IMG/VR virus record: IMGVR_UViG_3300021387_003827
Location: 96,001 to 160,000 of that record
From: a virus
Lineage: Duplodnaviria > Caudoviricetes
Length of the DNA stretch: 64,000 nucleotides
Strand: one strand, 5' to 3'
Shown here: piece by piece, positions 1 to 9,378 of the stretch
Numbering within the stretch: the stretch's first letter is position 1
Layout of the letters: each line of letters starts with the position of its first letter
Program-made: the position numbers and the translations under genes
Notes under the pieces: generated by a model
What the model was told of the DNA's origin: nothing
Databases searched by the model: none
What the model saw: only the letters and a program-made list of their open reading frames with translations

Positions 1-3000
1 ATAAGCAAGTATCCGGGAAGTACATTAAATATAAGTAATAATAGTGTTCTTGAAACAGTTACCGTATCTGGGTTTGAAACAGTTATAATTAGTGGGTGTC
101 CTAAGTTAAATACAATCAATATAAATGATTCCGGAGTTCTTAAGACGCTGAATGTGGTTATTCCTCCATCTACGTCAACGGATGCTCCAAAGATGTTCAC
201 AATTGGTTCTGAAACTGGTGTTGTTAATCTAAGTAATCAAAGTGCTCTAGAATCCATAAAACTTCAAAGAGCCCTGATGACTAAGATCATAATGCCAGAT
301 AAATCGGTAAATCTTTATTCTGAAGCTTTTAGATATTGTGAGAATTTAAGATATTTCGATGGAAACGGAACGTATACTATCACAGGAACATATACTTTTG
401 CAGACTGTACGGACTTCACTCTTAGACAGAGCAATGGAGCCTGGAGTAATATCAAGGTGCCATCTTCATTGGGTGATATAAGTTACACTTTCTATATAGG
501 AAATACTAATATTCGAGGATCTATAGACCTTTCTGCGGCCCAACAGTTCCTTAGTGTATGTTGTGCGGGAGCTAATAATGTTATTAATGCTTCATATCTA
601 TTCTATAATCAAAGTATTGAGTATAGTAAAGAGAGATTCCTTTCAGAGTATAATAATCAAACTTGTTCTCTAAATCTTAGACAACTTAGGAATTGTAGAA
701 ATTATGAAAGGGCCTTCTATAATTGTCCGATAGATGCATATAATAGATTTATGTTCCAGGGATGCACTCCTTCTTATATAAATCTGTCATATATGATTGG
801 AGAGTATACAGCAAAGAACCCTTCAGCGACTGCAATTAGGGGCTGGGAAATTGTAGGTAGTGGAAAACAGCATGTTATATACGCTACCACAGACTTTCTT
901 TATGAGATAGTAAGTATTCTAAGCTCTATATCTCTATTTGATTATAATCAAGATAGTCTACACCTATGTTTCCTTAATCCTGAAACGAGAGGTATTCTAG
1001 ATAAGGTTGAAGTATCTAATGTATTTAATCCATTTGGCATAGTAGATGATGGTGCACAAAAATTCCCGTCTGTTCTGGGGTCTATTTCAAATTTTGAATT
1101 TTATACCCAACATGAGTTTGATTTTTCAGATACCTTTACTTCTTCATGGACTACAGCAAAAGCAAACGGTCTGAATATTTCTACTTTCATGTATTATGAT
1201 TCTTACTCTCATATCACGGACGGAACTTTAGATAGATTATTCTTCTATGTTCCTCTTGGCTCTGTTTCGTTATTCTTGAGAAATGCTCCAGGATATACGA
1301 GTAGGGTTGATATGAGTGAGTTTATAGATTGGGAACAGATCGGAAAATGTACTAATCTCTTCTATAGTGGTAATGATTATCAGAGTCTTGGATTCCCTAA
1401 GAAGATAGATGCAGATAGGTTCTTAGAGGTTTGGGATAATATCTTAAGAAAGATGAGGAGTTTCAATTCTAGTACTAGTTATGGTATAGGATATATATTT
1501 AAGAACTGCTATGTTTACGGGTGGAGAAATGATGAATTTTTCTTAACTGAAGATAGCTCTCTTGTTAATACTACTATACGATACACTGGTCACCTTTTCG
1601 ATGGTTGTAGATTCTTGGATAATGAGACAACTTCAATAGAACAGGAAAGATATGTCTCCATTACTCATGACTTCTTAAAACCTCTGCCGAGTCTTGTAAC
1701 TGCATTTTATGACTTCGCTAATATGGCTTGGGAGCACACTATTCCGTTTGATTTCTTCCAAAAAAGAAAAAAGAATACTCAAACCGTATATATCCAGCCT
1801 GCCGGAACTACTACTGCAGATCAAAGAAAAACAGCAACCCTAACGTATTATACTTATACTAAAGATATGAGCTCCATAAGTGCTTGTTTCTATAATATAA
1901 AGTTACATTACGGTGAAGGTTTTGATCCTAATGCTGAATATAATAAGAATAGTTTTGTTATGGCTACTGTCATAGGAGATGAAGACGGGATTTCTTATTC
2001 CTCCTATTATACCAGTAAGACAGCAACTAGAGCAACCCAACTTGAACAGGGAACGGAAATTTCAGATTGTCGTGAGGTTCAAAGCTATTATATTCAAACA
2101 GTCCGACCTTCTGGATGGAGCCGAGATCTTACTAACTATCAGAATGTAGATGGAAGTGGTAGATTATTTGTTGCACCTGATGTTTTATATGGTTTCCAGG
2201 AGAACACTACGGTATATATTACAAGTCTCTTTGGAAGCGGTTTGGGAGACAATGCCACAGTATTTACAGGAGTTATCCCTGAACACTTCCTAAAGCAGGT
2301 TAAAACTTCAAATATAAGTGGTATGTTCTCTAACCTGAACATAACTCCTAGAAAGCTTGGAGAAATTACCGTTCAGGAAACAATAGCTGGAGAACTTCAA
2401 TCAGTAACCCACGAATATTATTACTATATTCCTTCCAATTTTACAAACTATACAAATCTAGCTGGAACCTTTAATTTTCACCTTATTATTCCAGAAGTTC
2501 ATAGGATTCACTTCTACCTCTTCCTGAATGATTCTCTACCTGCCGGAGTTACATCCCTTAATAACTCTCTTCCGGATACTTCCAAGAGTTCTTTAATTGG
2601 CAATGACTCTGGTGATTATAGGTCTTGGAATGTAGACAGAGATATCAACTATGGAATTATGGTTACCCCGGAAATGAATGGATCTACTCTGGTTAGTGTT
2701 GATGATGGTATAAATATGTCTAATTTTAAATCATTAAAGTTAGATAACCTAATTGGACCCGGTTTAGCGACATTCTTGAGAGGAAAACTGTTCACTGGTT
2801 CTTCTGATCCTGGAGTTTCATGGAGTTCTGCCACATATCTTGCTAATCCTTCTTCGAATTATGTTATTTCGGTGGGATACTCTAATTATGGTGGACTATC
2901 ATACTCATTCCAACTCAGCTTACCGCTCTCAAATCAACACTTCTTAAGAAATACCGGCAGTGGTAACGGATGTTCTATACATTCAAATAGTGTTCTTAAC

Positions 3001-3063
3001 TTTAGTAGTCAGTCTATTACGGTTTGGGGACAAAGGTATTCTGGCGTAACATTTATAGAATAA
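1..3063 (+). CDS. Large leucine-rich-repeat (BspA-like) virion/adhesin-type protein, 5' end outside the window
   Basis: Frame is open from base 1; LRR-like segments (SGCPKLNTINI, AFRYCENLRYF, YLFYNQ, ACFYNI); lies in the tail gene cluster. Confidence 0.5.
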   Translation: MSKYPGSTLNISNNSVLETVTVSGFETVIISGCPKLNTININDSGVLKTLNVVIPPSTSTDAPKMFTIGSETGVVNLSNQSALESIKLQRALMTKIIMPDKSVNLYSEAFRYCENLRYFDGNGTYTITGTYTFADCTDFTLRQSNGAWSNIKVPSSLGDISYTFYIGNTNIRGSIDLSAAQQFLSVCCAGANNVINASYLFYNQSIEYSKERFLSEYNNQTCSLNLRQLRNCRNYERAFYNCPIDAYNRFMFQGCTPSYINLSYMIGEYTAKNPSATAIRGWEIVGSGKQHVIYATTDFLYEIVSILSSISLFDYNQDSLHLCFLNPETRGILDKVEVSNVFNPFGIVDDGAQKFPSVLGSISNFEFYTQHEFDFSDTFTSSWTTAKANGLNISTFMYYDSYSHITDGTLDRLFFYVPLGSVSLFLRNAPGYTSRVDMSEFIDWEQIGKCTNLFYSGNDYQSLGFPKKIDADRFLEVWDNILRKMRSFNSSTSYGIGYIFKNCYVYGWRNDEFFLTEDSSLVNTTIRYTGHLFDGCRFLDNETTSIEQERYVSITHDFLKPLPSLVTAFYDFANMAWEHTIPFDFFQKRKKNTQTVYIQPAGTTTADQRKTATLTYYTYTKDMSSISACFYNIKLHYGEGFDPNAEYNKNSFVMATVIGDEDGISYSSYYTSKTATRATQLEQGTEISDCREVQSYYIQTVRPSGWSRDLTNYQNVDGSGRLFVAPDVLYGFQENTTVYITSLFGSGLGDNATVFTGVIPEHFLKQVKTSNISGMFSNLNITPRKLGEITVQETIAGELQSVTHEYYYYIPSNFTNYTNLAGTFNFHLIIPEVHRIHFYLFLNDSLPAGVTSLNNSLPDTSKSSLIGNDSGDYRSWNVDRDINYGIMVTPEMNGSTLVSVDDGINMSNFKSLKLDNLIGPGLATFLRGKLFTGSSDPGVSWSSATYLANPSSNYVISVGYSNYGGLSYSFQLSLPLSNQHFLRNTGSGNGCSIHSNSVLNFSSQSITVWGQRYSGVTFIE

Positions 3064-3893
3064 TGATTAGAATAGGAACTAACTTTTCGTATAACGGAAG
3101 GCAGTATCTAGATGATCGTCAAGGTTTAGCCGATAATGCTCAAGATCTTCTGGGATGGGATATACTCGTCCCAGAGGGTTTTGAAGTATTTATGGGAGGC
3201 ACTTGGTATGTTTACGATAGTAATTATAATTCTCCACTCACCGGTCATTTTAAATTAAGACCTGGATTTGAAGAGTATAACGAACTTGCAAATGAAGTTT
3301 TTCCACTTTCATTCTCTTCATTTTCTGGAGGAGGAACTTTCGAAATAGGAAAAACTGACGTGCTTCCTAAAATTGATTGGGAACTAGAAAGAAAAGGAGA
3401 GCCAGTTTCTCCGATAAGTTCTACAGTTAATGGCTCTACTGATGGTGTGAATAGAGAGACTCTGTTATCTTTCGTATCTCCAGTTTATATATCAGAAAAT
3501 ACAAATTATATAGTACAATCTATAATTGGAACTGGAGCCAAAGCTACTAGAACTGCATCCTATAATTTCTACTATAAGAAATATTATGGTGTAAGTGCTA
3601 ATGAATCTCTAACTAATGAAGAAATTTTAGCTCTCTCTTCTACTTGGGCAACCTCTTGGACTATGTCTGATACTGTATTTGATTGTACAGGGGGAAAATA
3701 TCCATATTATATAATTCCTTCTGAGTTATATAGTGAGTCTACGTTTAAGGTATGGATAGGCGGTCTTAGAAACACTGATCTTGTTATATCTGATCAAGAC
3801 GTAACCAACTCATATGGTGTTTCCCATTCATATAAGATCATAAGACTTGGAACCCTACAGAGAGGAGTACTAAGTATAAGATTTTCTTCGTAA
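3063..3893 (+). CDS. Putative structural/tail-associated protein
   Basis: ATG overlaps the upstream TAA (TAATG); beta-rich sequence; context. Confidence 0.55.
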   Translation: MIRIGTNFSYNGRQYLDDRQGLADNAQDLLGWDILVPEGFEVFMGGTWYVYDSNYNSPLTGHFKLRPGFEEYNELANEVFPLSFSSFSGGGTFEIGKTDVLPKIDWELERKGEPVSPISSTVNGSTDGVNRETLLSFVSPVYISENTNYIVQSIIGTGAKATRTASYNFYYKKYYGVSANESLTNEEILALSSTWATSWTMSDTVFDCTGGKYPYYIIPSELYSESTFKVWIGGLRNTDLVISDQDVTNSYGVSHSYKIIRLGTLQRGVLSIRFSS

Positions 3894-3900
3894 AAAATAT

Positions 3901-3937
3901 AGAGCCCTTTCTTCACATAAGAGGATTGGGCTCTTTT
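3901..3937 (+). terminator. Intrinsic terminator
   Basis: AGAGCCC...GGGCTCT stem followed by T-run. Confidence 0.6.
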
Positions 3938-3953
3938 AATAAAATTGAAAATA

Positions 3954-4640
3954 ATGTCTAGAATTACTTTATCAAGATCTAGGAGTGTAGAGGAATCAAG
4001 GGCTGTTGCTCTCCTAAGACTAGATCAATATGAATTTAAACAAGGCGAGCCAGTTGTTGTATACTATCGAGACGGAGATAGCGTAGATTATATTTATGCT
4101 ATCGGTACAGGCGAAGGCAAAGGGTGGTATAAGATAATAACAACCGGACAACAAACTATAATTTGGTCTGTCGAAACTTCCCTTCCGGACATTTCTACAC
4201 TCATACACGGAGAAGTTAGACTATACAATGATGAAAATGGAGACTGGTATACTGTCCGTGCCATAGAAGATGAAACTACCGGAGATACCATTCGACAAAT
4301 AAGAATTCTATCTTCTGTCCCAAAGATCTTTATTAATATTCAAGACAACAGTATATGGGTATCTGATGAAGATAGAAAAGCAAGAAGAATAAACTCAATA
4401 TATACAAAGGAGGAAATAAATGAACTCCTTAGTGAAATTAAGTCTATAACCCTCGGAGATTTTAGTGAGGTTGCAGAGAAAGCTGATCGAGCCTATGCAA
4501 TGTCTACTGAGGCTAGAAGAGACGTTATTGATCTTACACAGAGAGTGGATGCAGCCGAAGGAGAGGTAAATATCATTAGTGAAAAGGTAGATGATATTCT
4601 TCCTATCGGATTAGACGAATTAGAGGAGGTATTAGTATGA
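3954..4640 (+). CDS. Tail-cluster protein with C-terminal coiled coil
   Basis: ORF; ends PIGLDELEEVLV; ATGA overlap with next gene. Confidence 0.6.
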   Translation: MSRITLSRSRSVEESRAVALLRLDQYEFKQGEPVVVYYRDGDSVDYIYAIGTGEGKGWYKIITTGQQTIIWSVETSLPDISTLIHGEVRLYNDENGDWYTVRAIEDETTGDTIRQIRILSSVPKIFINIQDNSIWVSDEDRKARRINSIYTKEEINELLSEIKSITLGDFSEVAEKADRAYAMSTEARRDVIDLTQRVDAAEGEVNIISEKVDDILPIGLDELEEVLV

Positions 4641-5443
4641 AATTTCTAAATATAGAAGGTGTTCGCCTGTTATGGTCTAGGGTTAAAGAATTATCCGCTT
4701 CAGAAAATACAGAGATATCCTGGGTTGATGATGCTCACTCTGGCCTTAAAATAACTCTTGTAACAGCAGAGGATGGACATAAGGTATATAATTTTGACAT
4801 ATCCGACGTTCAATCTATTAGTGAGTTCCAAAGTATCATAGCAAATTATATGACTTCCGCCGAGATAGAGAGCGAACTAGGAGAACTAGATTCAAAGATA
4901 GACTCTTCTGTTGGCGGAGTAGAAACTAAAGTTAACACCTTAATTGCCGATGATACTGGGAAAAGTGCTAGGGTTATTGCCGCCGAAGAATTATCTCGCC
5001 TATTAATTCCTGAAGGTGCTAAGGAGTCTCTGGATACGCTTCAAGAAATAGCAGATTGGATTCAGCAACACCCAGATGATGCTTCTGCAATGAATCAGGC
5101 CATTGAAAATCTCAAGACTTTTGTTGGAATTATTCCTCCTGGGGCATCGGCAACTACGGTAACTGAATATGCAGCAGAACTAGTTAGTGCCGAGAGATCA
5201 AGAGCAGAAGGAGTTGAGTCAGGGCATGGTACGAGAATAGGGGACCTAGAGACAAAAGTCGGATCTTCTTCTGTATCAGATCAAATCACCTCGGCTATCG
5301 GAGAATTAGATTGGGATGCAAAATCTTCTTCTGACAACCACTTCCTCACTGATATTAAGGTGGAAAATGGAAAGATGATTTCAAAATCTGATGTTGAAAT
5401 AAGACCGATATCAGAAGAATATTTAAATAGTGTTTTAGTATGA
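4637..5443 (+). CDS. Tail fibre-like protein
   Basis: GAKESLDTLQEIADWI motif typical of phage fibre proteins; N-terminal KFLxxEGxxLLWxxxK. Confidence 0.6.
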   Translation: MKFLNIEGVRLLWSRVKELSASENTEISWVDDAHSGLKITLVTAEDGHKVYNFDISDVQSISEFQSIIANYMTSAEIESELGELDSKIDSSVGGVETKVNTLIADDTGKSARVIAAEELSRLLIPEGAKESLDTLQEIADWIQQHPDDASAMNQAIENLKTFVGIIPPGASATTVTEYAAELVSAERSRAEGVESGHGTRIGDLETKVGSSSVSDQITSAIGELDWDAKSSSDNHFLTDIKVENGKMISKSDVEIRPISEEYLNSVLV

Positions 5444-6735
5444 TAGAGTATTTAAGTAAAGAAGGTATAAGTATTCTTTGGTCTAAGATTAAAAATAAGT
5501 TCTTAGATAAAGATGCTAAATATACTAAAGCTGAAATTGATAATATCATTGGAGAGATAGATTTCTTTTACATTGACCAAAACCTAAATACGCCGGGTAA
5601 AAGAATTATAACCAACACTTCCAGCCCGGTTCTTACAAAACTTAGACTAAGATCGCATAGATACTCTGGACATTACAAAAATTCGGTGATGTATGTATGT
5701 CAGCTTCTTGATTCTAATACATCATTGTTCTTTGACGGAACTACAAGCTCTTCCAACTATATAAATGGTAGACTTGACTGTGATGTGTGGATGAGACTTC
5801 CAGAATTTTGGTGGAAAGTATCTGAGATCTCTGTGGATAAGTGGATTCTTGGTATATCAACCTCGCCAATAGAAGGTTGGAATCATTGGGATGGAAATCA
5901 TCTTATTGGTGTTTATGAGGCATATTCTTCAACGCGGAATACGAGTGATACCGGATTTAAAACTGGATATAATTCTATCTCTATCGATGGAGAACTTCAT
6001 TCTTGGTCTGGAGTTGTATCTTCTGGTGCTATCTGTCAGGATTCATTTAAAATCCAGGCTAGAAATAGGGGAATTGGATTTTCTCTTGTAACTTGGGAAG
6101 AGCATTGTATCATGGCATCTTTGTTCTTCATGTGGTATGGTACAACTAATTCACAGGAAAAGTGTGGCTCAGGAACAGATGAATATAGAAAATCCTGTGG
6201 AAGAACAAATAGTTTAGGAATGACAGACACTGATTCAGAGACAGAAGGAAGTATAAATTTCTGGGGTCTAGAGAATTGGTGGGGAAATAAAGCTGAATAT
6301 ATAGATAACATATATTCATACCTGGAGGATAATACTCTCAAATCTGAAATCTGGGACATAGGAGGTACAAAATCTAGAATTTTGGAATTATCATCCTCTC
6401 AACCAATCTCCTCTGGATATAAATGCATCCTTGGAGAAAATCTAGACTATCTACCATCTGAAAATTCCGGATATTCTGATTCTCGTGGATATTGTGATGA
6501 AATAAAAGTATCTGGAGAAGAAAAACAGATACACATGATTGGAACCAGACAAGAATCAAGACCAGGGTATATCGGGAAAAGGTCAGGAAGGAATATAGAC
6601 ATTTCCGGAGGTATCTTATATTTAGACATGAGTTATCTTCAAGGATCTTCCTCTGACTATACCGGATCTCGACTCTCTTTCCATGGTAATATAGAAGAGC
6701 TCTCTGTGGCTGATTATATATCAATAGTACAGTAA
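5440..6735 (+). CDS. Receptor-binding-type protein with C-type lectin (FGE/Mtd-like) C-terminal domain
   Basis: DVWMRLPEFWWK, IGVYEA, NFWGLENWWGNKAEYID and terminal GSRLSF motifs. Confidence 0.6.
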   Translation: MIEYLSKEGISILWSKIKNKFLDKDAKYTKAEIDNIIGEIDFFYIDQNLNTPGKRIITNTSSPVLTKLRLRSHRYSGHYKNSVMYVCQLLDSNTSLFFDGTTSSSNYINGRLDCDVWMRLPEFWWKVSEISVDKWILGISTSPIEGWNHWDGNHLIGVYEAYSSTRNTSDTGFKTGYNSISIDGELHSWSGVVSSGAICQDSFKIQARNRGIGFSLVTWEEHCIMASLFFMWYGTTNSQEKCGSGTDEYRKSCGRTNSLGMTDTDSETEGSINFWGLENWWGNKAEYIDNIYSYLEDNTLKSEIWDIGGTKSRILELSSSQPISSGYKCILGENLDYLPSENSGYSDSRGYCDEIKVSGEEKQIHMIGTRQESRPGYIGKRSGRNIDISGGILYLDMSYLQGSSSDYTGSRLSFHGNIEELSVADYISIVQ

Positions 6736-6739
6736 GATT

Positions 6740-7642
6740 ATGGATAATTACAAATATTTTTCCGCCGAGGAAATATCATATCTTCTTGGGAAATTAATGC
6801 AAAAATTTGGTCCTCTTGCTGAACTAGAAGAGTTAACCAAAATTTTAAGAAGAAACCAGGGCATTGTAGTCTCAGGGAAAAATGAAATTTCCTTTGGTAA
6901 ATTTAATTCGACGGGAAATAATGAAATATTTTCTATCGGAGTAGGAACAGATGATGATCATAGAAAAAATGCTCTGGCGGTCCGGGAAGATGGGACTATT
7001 TTGGTAGGAGATTCGATTATAAGTGAGCCCCTTGTTATAACTACTGCCGAAAATCTAGAAACTTTAGCCATAGGTCATAAATTAATTCCTGGGACAATCT
7101 ATTATATAGAGAATTTTATAACCTCTACATCTCAGAGCGGTACAAAGTCTCTGGAATCACCACTAAATCTTATCCTTAGGGCGGCTACCGACAGTTCAAT
7201 TTTTGAAGATGGAATTGGAATATATGGACAAGAGATTCTAGATATAAAATATTCCTTAAATCTTGATGATAGATATTTGTGGTCCCCTAGTGGTGTTATA
7301 TATTGGATGAAGGATAAGAACGGAAACGAGGCACCATATGATTTTAAAAACATACAATTTTCTGATTCTATGGGTGGGTGGCACTATACTTTTGACGTAG
7401 GTATCTATAAAGACTGCAAAATAAAAAGCTCGCACCTATTCTATAACCTTCCTTCCACCTACCTATATTCTTCTCAGTCCTCCGATACTATATATGGTGT
7501 TTCAGTTGACTCCGGTGTTCGTGGGAAAGGCGTTAATGTGACAGTTCTCTCCGGGAATTCGTATGAGGTAAGAGTGAGTCTAAGATCGGACGGAAGTGTT
7601 GTCATGTATTGTGAGGCCGATTTAATAGATAATACAATTTAA
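6740..7642 (+). CDS. Tail fibre-related protein
   Basis: FSIGVGTDDDHRKNAL and GVIYWMKDKNGNEAPYDFKNIQF motifs resembling Bacteroidota phage fibre proteins. Confidence 0.55.
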   Translation: MDNYKYFSAEEISYLLGKLMQKFGPLAELEELTKILRRNQGIVVSGKNEISFGKFNSTGNNEIFSIGVGTDDDHRKNALAVREDGTILVGDSIISEPLVITTAENLETLAIGHKLIPGTIYYIENFITSTSQSGTKSLESPLNLILRAATDSSIFEDGIGIYGQEILDIKYSLNLDDRYLWSPSGVIYWMKDKNGNEAPYDFKNIQFSDSMGGWHYTFDVGIYKDCKIKSSHLFYNLPSTYLYSSQSSDTIYGVSVDSGVRGKGVNVTVLSGNSYEVRVSLRSDGSVVMYCEADLIDNTI

Positions 7643-7643
7643 T

Positions 7644-8942
7644 ATGGAGAAAATATATAATACAAAATCAGAATGGAATTCAGAAACAAAAACAGAACCA
7701 ACTATAGGATTAATAAAACAAACAGGAGAAGTTTTATATTCTGGCGGGATTAACTTTTGTACTTCCAGCCCGAAAATAGGAGATGCTTTATATCTTGATT
7801 CTGATGGTAAGCCTAAGGCAATTACTTTAGAATCATATACTCCAGCATCAATTCCTTCGGGCTGGACCCCCGTTGGATCTGTATATAATGTCACCGGGAA
7901 AGAGATTTGGGTTGTTGCTAAAGATGGTGCCTCAAAAAAATGGGCAGCTATACGACTTTGGGAAGTAAGTGGATATAATCTCGATGAGGCAAGTCATACA
8001 GCTACTTTCACCTTCTGTAATTCTTCGTCTGTTCGAACTGAATATCCATTCACATATTCAGCTACAACCAAGGAAGAGTTTTGTAACCAGCTTGATACGT
8101 GGCTTAGGGAAAATAATCCAGAGAATTATAAACCGAGGGCATATATAAAAGATGGTTATGTGTATCTTGCAGCTGACAATTATGCTTGGTGGCAACAGGA
8201 CTCATATACAACCTGTAGTGGATTAACTCTCACCCACTGGAGTACGCCTATTTCTAGAATTCCGGCAATATCACGTACACCACAAAATAATACTTTCAAG
8301 AATGTATATTGTATAGTTAATAAAGAAAGAATTAAACAGTGGGGAGGAAGAACGCCGTCCTCCAATGTAAGTCTCTCTGCAGTAGATACTCCAGTATCTA
8401 AAAACGCATTTAAAACTTCCTCATACTGTGATCTTATTCGGAACACATATGGAGACTATGATACATATCTAGATGCTGTTACGGCTCAACACCCGGCATC
8501 TAATGGATCTGTCTCATGGAGGAATGTCGGTCATGCAAAAACTCAGGAGTGGTGTTCCTTTACATACATAACTTCTTCAGGGAGCGAGGCACTTCTTTTC
8601 ACGGCGGCTAATTATGCAAATGATTATGGAATCCCTGACAGTCAATACTTTGCACCAGGAAATTGGTGGGTACCGGACGTAGACGAGATAATGTATATGA
8701 TGAAAAACATTACATATGGCTTATCTGGAGTCTCTATGGCTGATGCGGATCCGGTGAATAGGTGCCTGTATTTTATGGGAGGCACCGGAATAAGTTGCGC
8801 CGCTAGCAGATGGAGTTCTGTTCGTTACTACAGTTACAATTGCTGGTATTGTAACGGTAATGGTTACTTGAACGGCGTCAGCTTCAGTAGCTCGTTAATG
8901 GTGTCCCCGGTTTCCCGCCTTCTGAAAAGCGACCTCGATTAG
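7644..8942 (+). CDS. DGR target protein 1 (receptor-binding, C-terminal variable region)
   Basis: 3' end contains VR1 matching the TR; WWVPxxxEI...RWSS CLec-like motifs; paralog of 9375..10664. Confidence 0.9.
   Translation: MEKIYNTKSEWNSETKTEPTIGLIKQTGEVLYSGGINFCTSSPKIGDALYLDSDGKPKAITLESYTPASIPSGWTPVGSVYNVTGKEIWVVAKDGASKKWAAIRLWEVSGYNLDEASHTATFTFCNSSSVRTEYPFTYSATTKEEFCNQLDTWLRENNPENYKPRAYIKDGYVYLAADNYAWWQQDSYTTCSGLTLTHWSTPISRIPAISRTPQNNTFKNVYCIVNKERIKQWGGRTPSSNVSLSAVDTPVSKNAFKTSSYCDLIRNTYGDYDTYLDAVTAQHPASNGSVSWRNVGHAKTQEWCSFTYITSSGSEALLFTAANYANDYGIPDSQYFAPGNWWVPDVDEIMYMMKNITYGLSGVSMADADPVNRCLYFMGGTGISCAASRWSSVRYYSYNCWYCNGNGYLNGVSFSSSLMVSPVSRLLKSDLD
8799..8917 (+). repeat. DGR variable repeat VR1
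   Basis: 119-nt ungapped alignment to TR 11514..11632; 14 mismatches, all at TR adenines. Confidence 0.97.
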
Positions 8943-9030
8943 AGGGAGCGTCTCTGATTTAGTCGAGCGTTAGCGAAGACTTCTGAGGAGCGAATTGTAT
9001 GAGCGACGATAGTTAAATAAATATAAAATT

Positions 9031-9378
9031 ATGAATATAAAAAAAGTTCTAAGTGGGATAAAAACCTACATAGATAAAGTAATATCTAAACTATCCACCA
9101 CAGATTTAGTTGTCCCTACTGCCTATAAAGATTTAGATGAAAGGATAAAATCATTAGAAAATATACTTCTCTCTGGATCTTCGCGTGCAGGCGACTTAAA
9201 AGCAGATTCTTTGGATGGAAATGAAATAACTAGATTTGGTAAGAGTATAGTTCTTTATGGTTCTGGTGCCCCCACAGTAATTCCTGACTTTATCGGTCAG
9301 TTTTATGTGAACATGTCAGGACCAGCTCTATACTACGCAACTGGAACGGACTCAACCTCTAATTGGAAACAAGCATGA
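9031..9378 (+). CDS. Small tail-associated protein
   Basis: GSGAPTVIPDFIGQFYVN motif; lies between the two DGR targets. Confidence 0.6.
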   Translation: MNIKKVLSGIKTYIDKVISKLSTTDLVVPTAYKDLDERIKSLENILLSGSSRAGDLKADSLDGNEITRFGKSIVLYGSGAPTVIPDFIGQFYVNMSGPALYYATGTDSTSNWKQA

